The notes below the pieces were generated by a model. That model saw only the letters and a list, made by a program, of their open reading frames with translations, ran no database searches and had not been told where the DNA came from. A program made the translations under genes and the position numbers. Shown here one piece after another: positions 26,352 to 34,034 of a stretch of DNA of 64,000 bases. The stretch is from NCBI GenBank assembly GCA_013287775.1, contig JABDDE010000001.1, positions 7,245 through 71,244 of the forward strand, written 5' to 3'. Positions within the stretch are counted from its first letter, which is position 1. Every line of letters starts with the position of its first letter. The DNA comes from Chlamydiota bacterium (lineage in GTDB: Bacteria; Chlamydiota; Chlamydiia; Chlamydiales; FEN-1388).

Positions 26352-28088
26352 CTACTGATACAAGCACTGCAAGATAGCCCCTGCAGCCCGTATTCGGATG
26401 ACAGGTGAGGGATCTCCCAGCACATCATAGAGAAATGGTAAGGAATTTTTTGAGCCTATAGCGCCCAGGCCGAGTAAAATCTGCTCTTTATGCTCGCGCT
26501 TCGTATGGGTGTGGGAAAATGCTTCTTGGAGCGCCTTAAGCGCTTCTCCATCTTGGAAGGCAACGCATAAGATGAACGCTGCCTGAAGACGGATGACATC
26601 CGACTGGTTTTGTAAAAGCTCGCTAAGTTGTGTGGCTACTTCAGTATTTTCATCAGCCTCTTGTATCAGAAGCATAGCTGCTGCAGCTGCAATGCCAAGG
26701 GTGTGTTCATGCAAAAACGTCGTGCATATGTCTTGAATGATGGAAGGATCACAAGTGGCAAGGACTTGATAGAGTTCGAGGCGGCAGTAGAGATCCTTCA
26801 TTTCTGGCAAGCGAGGCATGAGCGGGCTGTGAAGATCATCTGCGCGTGCAATATAGCGAAAGATGCCTTTCGTGCTCCATGTTATTCGATCCTTCACTGC
26901 GATAAGTGCCTCTTGGAGTATGGGTACGGCGGTATCAAGGTGTGTTCGTTGTTTTATAAGATGAAGAGATAAATTGATTGCCACCAAAGGATCTGTTGTA
27001 GCCTCCAGCCATTTTTTTGAAAGGTCAATGCCCCTTGCGCCTGTGTGCATAAGCGCCCCTGCGCTCAGGGCGCGGTATGCTGGATTTTCAGCCCCAAGCC
27101 ACCTCTCGAGCACTGCTGCGCCCTCGGTATTTCCCATAATGATATCAAGCCAGCAAGCAGTGATGGCAAGCACCCCATCCTCTGTATGCATAAGGGGCTG
27201 ATGTGTTATCCCATTCACACAGTTTGGTAAGCCACCTTGTGCTTGCAGCGCTGCTATTTGCACATCAATTGACGGGTCTTGTATGAGAGGGCCGAGTAAG
27301 TCTGAGCAGTCCCCCAGTTGCTGGATCCGGATACAATCTGCGGCAAGTTGCCTTTCTTCAGGGACTTTGCTCTGACACAGCTTCTCAAGGGACGATCTCT
27401 CTATTGTAGGCTGTATGTAGAGCTCAGCAAGTATTGCGGCCTGTCTTTCTGCATAGGAAGCCGTCATATCTCGAAGACGTGCACTGATAACATCCCTTCC
27501 TTTGAGCGAGCGCATTTTGCCAAGCGAAATGAGCGCCGCACATCGAACAGGAGGTGATCGATCATGCTGACTTGCTAGTATGAGCTTGGTTTCTAGTTTT
27601 TCATCGCGAAAAGCTACTGCAAGCTCGGCTGCCATACAGCGAAGTGCCACGTTTTGATCTTGTAAAAGCTCGCTCACCACCGAAACCCCCTTTGCATCGT
27701 GCGTGCGATGCGCAGCGTAGGCGGCTTCAAAGCGGATAAGAGGAGAGGGATGCTGAGCTGCCTTGCGTATTACTGCCCACGCTACCGCTTCGACAAGATG
27801 TTCTTCTTGATTATGATCATTTTGAGCTACTTCGGGATGGTTTTTTCTAAAATCTGCCCAAGTAGCGAGCATGGATTTTTCATCTTGCAAAGAGGCTAAG
27901 AGGAGGATTTTTTGGCGAAGAAGATCTGCACGTGCAGGGTCATTTTTCAGGGCCGTCTCCACCACTTCGAGCGCTCCATGAAAATCGCGCACAGTACTCA
28001 AAAGCTTTGCACGATGCAGCGCCGTGTCACTATTGGCCCACAGCTGACAGGAAACTAGGAGAAAAATTATGTAGAAGAGCCTTGTCAC
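26352..28088 (-). CDS. HEAT (PBS-lyase type) repeat protein with a signal peptide
   Basis: Signal peptide MTRLFYIIFLLVSCQLWANS. Repeated units of the D/N.....VR..AA.AL type. GTG start overlapping the HIT stop. Confidence 0.7.
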   Translation of the reverse strand: MTRLFYIIFLLVSCQLWANSDTALHRAKLLSTVRDFHGALEVVETALKNDPARADLLRQKILLLASLQDEKSMLATWADFRKNHPEVAQNDHNQEEHLVEAVAWAVIRKAAQHPSPLIRFEAAYAAHRTHDAKGVSVVSELLQDQNVALRCMAAELAVAFRDEKLETKLILASQHDRSPPVRCAALISLGKMRSLKGRDVISARLRDMTASYAERQAAILAELYIQPTIERSSLEKLCQSKVPEERQLAADCIRIQQLGDCSDLLGPLIQDPSIDVQIAALQAQGGLPNCVNGITHQPLMHTEDGVLAITACWLDIIMGNTEGAAVLERWLGAENPAYRALSAGALMHTGARGIDLSKKWLEATTDPLVAINLSLHLIKQRTHLDTAVPILQEALIAVKDRITWSTKGIFRYIARADDLHSPLMPRLPEMKDLYCRLELYQVLATCDPSIIQDICTTFLHEHTLGIAAAAAMLLIQEADENTEVATQLSELLQNQSDVIRLQAAFILCVAFQDGEALKALQEAFSHTHTKREHKEQILLGLGAIGSKNSLPFLYDVLGDPSPVIRIRAAGAILQCLYQ

Positions 28089-28420
28089 ACTAAATGCTGC
28101 AGAGGCCTGCCTCCAAGCAGGTGAAAGTGGAGGTGAAATACAGTTTGCCCCGCATCGGTTCCATTATTGGTAAGCACTCTAAAGCCATCTTCAATATGAA
28201 ACTGCTTGGCAAGCTGCGATGCAATGAGAAGGCACTCGCCTAAGAGAGGAATATCTTCTTCAGTGACTTCAGATATACTGGCAATGTGCTTCTTGGGAAT
28301 AATCAAAAGATGCACAGGGGTGTGCGGTGCAATATCTTTAATAGCGAGCACACGTTCATTTTCAAACACTTTTTCTGCCGGAAGCTCGCCGTCAATAATT
28401 TTTTGAAATACCGTTTTCAT
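28085..28420 (-). CDS. HIT-family (HinT-like) nucleotide hydrolase
   Basis: MKTVFQKIIDGELPA..HLLIIPKKH..HLHFHLLGG (histidine triad). The start was trimmed from 28525. Confidence 0.9.
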   Translation of the reverse strand: MKTVFQKIIDGELPAEKVFENERVLAIKDIAPHTPVHLLIIPKKHIASISEVTEEDIPLLGECLLIASQLAKQFHIEDGFRVLTNNGTDAGQTVFHLHFHLLGGRPLQHLV

Positions 28421-28421
28421 C

Positions 28422-29303
28422 TTATTTTTCCAATATTTTCTGCAGCGCTGTAAGCGCATCTTCTTTTGTTTGCCATACTGAAATAAAGCGCCCTTTATGG
28501 CAAAAAACAGCGCCCGGGATGCCACTTGCTTGCTGGAGATTCCTATCCGAGAGGCCTGCCCATTCTATCGGAAGTGACTGTCGAACCTTCATCTTTTCAT
28601 CAACAGTAGGAGGAATTCCCCTAAGCTTCCAGTATGTGCCTGAGGGCATAATGACAAAGCGAGCGGGATGATGCTCGCCGCCTTGCTCAAAGAAAGTGTC
28701 CATCCAGGGAACGGGTTTCTCAAAGATAAGGCAGTCGCGAAATTCCGCCATTGCGGTGCCTACAACATCTTTGCATGACTGGTTGTATCTGTAGCGTTCG
28801 AGGAGTCTGGCGATATGGCCTAGCGCAAACGCAAGGGCCTCAAAAAATGCCCTGTTTTGCTCCTCAGTGGTTGCATCATAGCATATAGGGGTAAAATTGG
28901 AGATGATATGTGAGAATGTACATACACCAGATGTTTGTAAATCCCTCCCATTATCGTGGGCATCTATGCCACGGACGAGAGAGTTATTGAGAAAGTCGTA
29001 GTCGCTTGCTGTGATGATACTTCGGGTTTTGAGATACTCTAGGACCATTCCGGCACTGCTAAAAGTACCTTTATATTCCACCTGATGATGGTCAAAACGC
29101 TTTATATCAGGATTGTATATGCCGCCGACATCGCATACATATTCGCAAGAGGCAAGCTGTTGTAGATCGCGTGTGCGAATAATTGCCTGCTTGTCAATCA
29201 AATTCAAATAAAGCAAAAGGGCGGCAGCGGTCACTTCGTCCGCATGAAAGGTGCCATCATGCGTGCCAAATGAGCGCTCTCGTATAGGTGTTGTATTAGA
29301 CAT
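28422..29303 (-). CDS. MYG1/UPF0160-family metal-dependent hydrolase
   Basis: FGTHDGTFHADEV..CDVGG.Y....RFDHHQ signature. Confidence 0.85.
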   Translation of the reverse strand: MSNTTPIRERSFGTHDGTFHADEVTAAALLLYLNLIDKQAIIRTRDLQQLASCEYVCDVGGIYNPDIKRFDHHQVEYKGTFSSAGMVLEYLKTRSIITASDYDFLNNSLVRGIDAHDNGRDLQTSGVCTFSHIISNFTPICYDATTEEQNRAFFEALAFALGHIARLLERYRYNQSCKDVVGTAMAEFRDCLIFEKPVPWMDTFFEQGGEHHPARFVIMPSGTYWKLRGIPPTVDEKMKVRQSLPIEWAGLSDRNLQQASGIPGAVFCHKGRFISVWQTKEDALTALQKILEK

Positions 29304-29354
29304 GACATAAGTATAGCAAAATTTTACTACAAAATCATGTGTTTTTTTAGTAAG

Positions 29355-29390
29355 GTGACGTTAAGTGCGAATTTTCCTGTGAGAAATATT
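29355..29390. repeat. PE-1 hairpin element, degenerate, directly upstream of the ATG at 29391
   Basis: gtgacgttaagtgcgaattttcc tgtg agaaatatt. Confidence 0.5.
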
Positions 29391-31493
29391 ATGAGAATAG
29401 ACTTATCACAACATGATCTTGTGACGCCAGATGGCAAAATTGTCTCCATTACAAAAAAAGATGATGGGATAAGTATGGCCGAGGTGGTGATTGAACATAT
29501 TCATTCTTCCTTTGTGGGGTTTGATATCGATCCAGCGCTTGTTACTTTTAATATTAAGAGTACGCTTGCGCAGCTGGGCATTAATGGGATTGGGATGCAC
29601 TATGAGCTGCATCGAGGGCATAGCAAGGCTATGGTTCTTGTAGAGCTTAGGGCTATCGGCTCGATTGGGCGCGAGCTTTTGCAAGAGCTACCTCTGGGAG
29701 CATACATAGGCAAGCTTTTTGCTGCCGATGAGCGAAGACGCGTTCGCGATCCTATCTATCTTTCTCGTATGTTTGGTCGCTCAGATCGTTGGGGAAGGCC
29801 TCTTTTATCGCTAGGAGGCTTACATGGCAGTGACGAGCTTATTTTGGACAAGATTGATGGTCGCACCGTTGCGTACCTTGCATTAAAAAGAGGAAAAATC
29901 ACCTATGATGCCTCGGTTTTTGGCTTTCTCAGAACGCTTGCAAAGGGGCTTACGACCAAGCACACGTTTCGAGAGCTGCTGCAGCTTCATCAGGAATGGA
30001 ATGCTGGTGCGTTTCGTAATGTCGAAGAGGATGAGATTTTACTTGTAAAAACGCAGCCTCTTCATATTCGCACCGTTTTTGCAAAAGTGGTAGATTCGCT
30101 CTTAGCTGCTGGTTATTGCCATACCACAGCATCTGTTTTACAGCCCGACACGCGTGCCTCAGGTGACATTTACGAATTTTATGGCAAATCAAAGCGAGAA
30201 ATTACAGATCTTCCTCTTGAATTTTACACTCTTGACCCATACAGAGAACATGTTTTCTTTGCAGATCGTGACCAGCTGCAAGCGTGTCTTGAGGATCCTC
30301 AGGCGCTCTTTAAAGCCTTTGAGACAGCTCCGAAGCCCACAGAGGTCCCTGTGGCTACGTTTGTTGTGAAGGGTTCACAGCTTCTTTCCTTGGCGGCAGA
30401 TGATTGGGTGGCTCGTGAATCAACTTTTCATGACTTTCCCGGTATTACTCATGGGGCGCGGCAGGCCTTTTTAGTGGAGCGATATATTGAAAGTCAGGCA
30501 GTATTTCCTTTTTTGAAGGCCATAGAAGAGGGTCGTATTACGAGTCAAGGGGTGTTATTTCTCCGCTATTTCCCCTCTCCCATGATGAAGAGGATGCTTC
30601 TTTCTGCAGCGGTAGCCCGTTCTGTGCAGGGGATTTATTTCCAACATCCCTCTAGATCTTATGGGGGCTTTTTTTCGCAAGAGGATCGAGCACTACTTAC
30701 AGACCTTCATAAGTTTGCCATTGGAGTGTTTTGGGTGGATGCTATTTCGGGAAAAATCCTCCAGTACATGCAGCGTAAAGATCGAGAGTCCGGCATGTTT
30801 GTCCCTATTGGAAGGGGTGAGGAATATATGAAGGCAACGGTATTTGGAGTATATGGCTCAAACTTAATTTCAGGTCACTTTGAAGAAGAGCTGCAAGCGT
30901 TATTGAAAGGAGTGCTGGAGCTTCGAAATACCGTGCATCATCCGCTTTTACAAAAAGATACCCCTCTAGCGCTCATCACGGGAGGTGGTCCCGGTGCCAT
31001 GGAAGTGGGCAACCGCATTGCCAGGAAGCTTAATATCCTTTCATGCGCCAATATTGCAGACTTTCATGAAGAAGGCGGGGTAGTCAATGAGCAAAAACAA
31101 AATCCCTACGTGGATGCAAAGATGACCTACCGCCTGAAGCAATTAGTGGAGCGACAATCGGAATTTAATCTCGACTTTCCCATTTTTGTCATGGGAGGTA
31201 TTGGTACTGACTTCGAATTTACGCTTGAAGAGGTACGTAGGAAAGTCGGGGCTACTGCTGCAACTCCTGTGCTTCTTTTTGGAGAAATCGAATACTGGAA
31301 AAGCAAAATCACGCCCCGTTTTTTGCAAAATAAACAGAGCGGTACCATTGTAGGATCCGAATGGGTAAGCAATTGCTTTTTCTGCATCCAAAAAGCCACG
31401 CAGGGGCTAGAAATTTATTCTCAGTTTTTTCATGGCACGTTGCCAATAGGAAAAAATGGGGCAGAAACGGATGTAGGATTTGTCTGTCCTTAA
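29391..31493 (+). CDS. Large protein with a C-terminal LOG/TIGR00730 (lysine-decarboxylase-like) Rossmann domain
   Basis: LITGGGPGAMEVGN...FVMGGIGTDFEF (PGGxGTxxE-like). I do not recognise the ~500-aa N-terminal region. The start was trimmed past the repeat-derived leader. Confidence 0.6.
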   Translation: MRIDLSQHDLVTPDGKIVSITKKDDGISMAEVVIEHIHSSFVGFDIDPALVTFNIKSTLAQLGINGIGMHYELHRGHSKAMVLVELRAIGSIGRELLQELPLGAYIGKLFAADERRRVRDPIYLSRMFGRSDRWGRPLLSLGGLHGSDELILDKIDGRTVAYLALKRGKITYDASVFGFLRTLAKGLTTKHTFRELLQLHQEWNAGAFRNVEEDEILLVKTQPLHIRTVFAKVVDSLLAAGYCHTTASVLQPDTRASGDIYEFYGKSKREITDLPLEFYTLDPYREHVFFADRDQLQACLEDPQALFKAFETAPKPTEVPVATFVVKGSQLLSLAADDWVARESTFHDFPGITHGARQAFLVERYIESQAVFPFLKAIEEGRITSQGVLFLRYFPSPMMKRMLLSAAVARSVQGIYFQHPSRSYGGFFSQEDRALLTDLHKFAIGVFWVDAISGKILQYMQRKDRESGMFVPIGRGEEYMKATVFGVYGSNLISGHFEEELQALLKGVLELRNTVHHPLLQKDTPLALITGGGPGAMEVGNRIARKLNILSCANIADFHEEGGVVNEQKQNPYVDAKMTYRLKQLVERQSEFNLDFPIFVMGGIGTDFEFTLEEVRRKVGATAATPVLLFGEIEYWKSKITPRFLQNKQSGTIVGSEWVSNCFFCIQKATQGLEIYSQFFHGTLPIGKNGAETDVGFVCP

Positions 31494-31549
31494 CCTATGA
31501 CGACCGCAAAATCCGGTGGATTTTGTGGTCGCCATAGGTTAAGGACAGA
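31483..31549. terminator. 67-bp near-perfect palindrome overlapping the stop codon at 31491-31493
   Basis: tctgtccttaacctatgacgaccgcaaaatcc ggt ggattttgtggtcgccataggttaaggacaga; 32-bp arms with 2 mismatches. Confidence 0.55.
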
Positions 31550-31560
31550 CAATTGATATC

Positions 31561-31692
31561 GGGCCTTGACTCGGGCCTCGACTCGGGCCTCGACTCGGGC
31601 CTTGACTCGGGCCTTGACTCGGGCCTTGACTCGGGCCTTGACTCGGGCCTTGACTCGGGCCTTGACTCGGGCCTTGACTCGGGCCTCGACTC
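31561..31692. repeat. 12-bp microsatellite, 11 exact-length copies
   Basis: gggcc(t/c)tgactc x11; units 2, 3 and 11 carry c. The track ORFs translated from it (ARVK.., TRAL..) are artefacts. Confidence 0.95.
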
Positions 31693-31716
31693 TCACGGGC
31701 TTGGACACATTTTTAT

Positions 31717-32005
31717 CGGAATTTATTGATTGTTCCCCTGGTCTTCAATGTCGCTTCGCGGCATGAAGACCGGGGTATTGAATACGGAATTTATTGATTG
31801 TTCCCCAGGTTTCAGATGTCGCTTACGCGAACACTGAAACCTGGGTAGTCGGGCACGGGCAAGGGCACGGGCACGGGCACGGAAATTCGGAATAATTGAT
31901 GAATCCGTTGGTCGAGCGGACGCTCACGCGCCGCTCGGCCCGGAATCGGCAGTTATTGATTGTTCCCCCAGTCTCCAAGTCGCTTCGCGAGCGTTTCGAC
32001 TGGGG
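31717..32005. repeat. Second BIME-like module array (4-5 modules, forward orientation)
   Basis: Near-identical to 12551-12845, including the linker cggaatttattgattgttcccc, the tggtcttcaatgtcgcttcgcggcatgaagacc hairpin, the aggtttcagatgtcgcttacgcg hairpin, a (GGGCAC)n tract and the ggtcgagcggacgctcacgcgccgctcggcc hairpin. Confidence 0.9.
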
Positions 32006-32223
32006 TGCTTCTTAAGCCCATAATGATCCCTCAGCTTTCTCTCTAATCTCTCCACTGCCCAGACCTTAATCATCAATGCACCCCAGCACCCCTAACGCCT
32101 CTGACAAGCTCTCTCTGTAAGCTTTCTCCTGTGGCTCTCCCTGTAAAAAAAATGTGCCAAGCTTGTGAGGGTCGTAGCCTTAGCCTGATGCGTATGTCGC
32201 TACCGCGGTGGTGTCCATATTAG
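32006..32223. repeat. Family-3 foldback element, single arm
   Basis: ..cccagacctt..caccccagcacccctaacgcctctgacaagctctctctgtaagc..cctgtggctctccctgtaaaaaaaa..ccttagcctgatgcgtatgtcgctaccgcggtggtgtccatat. Confidence 0.7.
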
Positions 32224-32370
32224 TCACAACTCGGAGACTAAAAGATGTGTGGTAAAGTATGTCGGTCACGCGGGGTTAATACCAGCCGCCACTACTGTGG
32301 CGGGGGCTATGACACTTGCTCGTATTGGGTGAACAATCATACCAATGAAACGCATATGCATTTTTTCATC

Positions 32371-32426
32371 TGTATTCTTCCATGTTATGGGATGTGCTTG
32401 CACATCCCATAACATGGAAGAATACA
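32371..32426. promoter_or_regulatory. 56-bp perfect palindrome (26-bp stem, 4-nt loop) 50 nt upstream of the BON/DUF1207 gene
   Basis: tgtattcttccatgttatgggatgtg cttg cacatcccataacatggaagaataca; a T6 run lies at 32433-32438. Confidence 0.5.
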
Positions 32427-32477
32427 TGTTGCTTTTTTAGAAAGTATCCTATACTTCTTATAAGGAAGAAGGGTTTT

Positions 32478-33650
32478 ATGAGAACACATTATATAGCAGC
32501 GCTTTGTCTCGCACTCTCCATTTTGAGCTTTTCGCCTTGTGGAGGCGAACAGAAGGACATTTTAGCAGCAGAGCTCCCAGAGGACGCAAGGTCGCCTGTG
32601 GCGCATGTGGCAGATACACGTCTTGCCCATGATAAACAGCTTGAGGCATATATTCAAGGCGTTTTGGATTCAAAATTTGCCAAATACAATGTAACGGTTT
32701 CGGTACGAAATGGGGCTGTGTTTCTCACACACCTACCAGGAGATGAAGCCAAGGCGAATAGGATTATAGCATTTGTAAAAAAGCATACTAATGTCACAGA
32801 TATTAGCAAAACCGAAGATGTCAATGCTGAAGAGATAGCAAAGCAAAAAGATATCGCAAAACAGGGCTACAGCGGTATTTGGCTGCCGCAATCCACAGTA
32901 TTATTTCCAACGCAAGTGGCAAATCCTCGGCAAATTTGTTTTTCCATCGGGCATCGAATGAACGACAGCTGTATGGGTAGAAATGCCTCTATAGTAACGT
33001 TTGGGGATCAATTTCCTATGTATCGTTGGGCAAATATATGGCGCTGGAAAGGCGATTTGCAGCTTGAGATTGAAGCTGGGGTCTTTGCTGTCTTTAACCA
33101 AGATAGGGACACCAAGCCTCTACGAAATGCTGACTATTATGTGGGGGTCCCTTTGAGTTATGCTGTCGACAAGTGGGCATTCCGGCTTCGCCCCTATCAT
33201 ATTTCTTCACATCTCGGTGACGAGTATATGCAAGAGCACCCTCACCGCAGACGCAAAAACAAAAGCTTTGAAGCACTTGACGTGTTTACTTCCTATCAAA
33301 TGACAAATGGTCTCAGGCTGTATGGTGGTGTTGGAGCCGTCGTGCATTCAGACTCTGAAATGCATGTAAAGCCTTTATATGCGGAATATGGTTTCGAAGT
33401 GCGAGCCTTCCGTCATGACTTTACACAGCTTTTTGGACAGCCTTTTCTTGCGACGCATTTTTGCAATGCTCAAGAACATGATTATCGTTTCGATGCTACC
33501 TATGCCCTTGGCTATGAGTGGGGTAAAATCCATGGCGTGGGTCGCAAAATCCGCCTCTTTCTTGAATACCACGACGGCTATTCCTATGAGGGGCAATTTT
33601 CTAGGCATAAGACCGATTATCTTGCGCTCAGACTCGCGTATGGGTTTTGA
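32478..33650 (+). CDS. BON domain + DUF1207 outer-membrane-type protein
   Basis: Signal/lipobox-like MRTHYIAALCLALSILSFSPCGG, a BON-like segment (LEAYIQGVLDSKF..VSVRNGAVFLTH) and a DUF1207-like segment LFPTQVANPRQICFS...YHISSHLGDEY. Confidence 0.6.
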   Translation: MRTHYIAALCLALSILSFSPCGGEQKDILAAELPEDARSPVAHVADTRLAHDKQLEAYIQGVLDSKFAKYNVTVSVRNGAVFLTHLPGDEAKANRIIAFVKKHTNVTDISKTEDVNAEEIAKQKDIAKQGYSGIWLPQSTVLFPTQVANPRQICFSIGHRMNDSCMGRNASIVTFGDQFPMYRWANIWRWKGDLQLEIEAGVFAVFNQDRDTKPLRNADYYVGVPLSYAVDKWAFRLRPYHISSHLGDEYMQEHPHRRRKNKSFEALDVFTSYQMTNGLRLYGGVGAVVHSDSEMHVKPLYAEYGFEVRAFRHDFTQLFGQPFLATHFCNAQEHDYRFDATYALGYEWGKIHGVGRKIRLFLEYHDGYSYEGQFSRHKTDYLALRLAYGF

Positions 33651-33690
33651 TTTGTTACATATAATCACATTGTGATTATATGTAACAAAT
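33650..33690. terminator. 41-bp perfect AT-rich palindrome directly after the stop codon
   Basis: atttgttacatataatcaca t tgtgattatatgtaacaaat. Confidence 0.5.
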
Positions 33691-33730
33691 AATATCACAT
33701 CTTGCTATTTGTTTCGTTTTATTGCATAAT

Positions 33731-33935
33731 GGTTGAGGTGCTTGCAGAATTCCGTTGGAGACAAAATTTGATGATTTTGGCGATGGGGAAAACCTTTTGC
33801 AAATCACCGCAGTGGCCTGTAAGGCCACAATATGTATAGCCCAGGGCAACGCCCTGGGTGACGATTTGCAAAAGGTTTTTGCCCAGCGACAAAAGCGCGA
33901 ATTTTGGCCCAAATCGGAATTGTGCAAGTACCTCA
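33731..33935. mobile_element. Family-4 foldback MITE, copy 2 (inverted, outer TIR tips missing, carries a nested PE-2 hairpin)
   Basis: gaggtgcttgcagaattccgttggagacaaaatttgatgattttgg..cggaattgtgcaagtacctca. There is a nested insert at 33806-33862 containing cccagggcaacgccctggg. It ends 12 nt before tRNA-Ala. Confidence 0.7.
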
Positions 33936-33947
33936 GTGGTTCCATGG

Positions 33948-34020
33948 GGGGCGTTAGCTCAATTGGTAGAGCGCAACAATGGCATTGTTGAGGTCAACGG
34001 TTCGACCCCGTTACGCTCCA
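33948..34020 (+). tRNA. tRNA-Ala (anticodon GGC)
   Basis: 73-nt cloverleaf folded by hand: acceptor ggggcgt/acgctcc with the G3:U70 Ala identity pair, anticodon loop atGGCat and T-loop ttcgacc. No encoded CCA. Confidence 0.9.
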
Positions 34021-34034
34021 ATCGTTTTCCCTAT

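Noticed and set aside
31490-31766. ORFs 31490-31708(-) and 31566-31766(+), with ARVKARVK / TRALTRAL repeats
   Set aside because: They are pure translations of the 12-bp microsatellite on both strands. They have no RBS and arise only from repeat periodicity.
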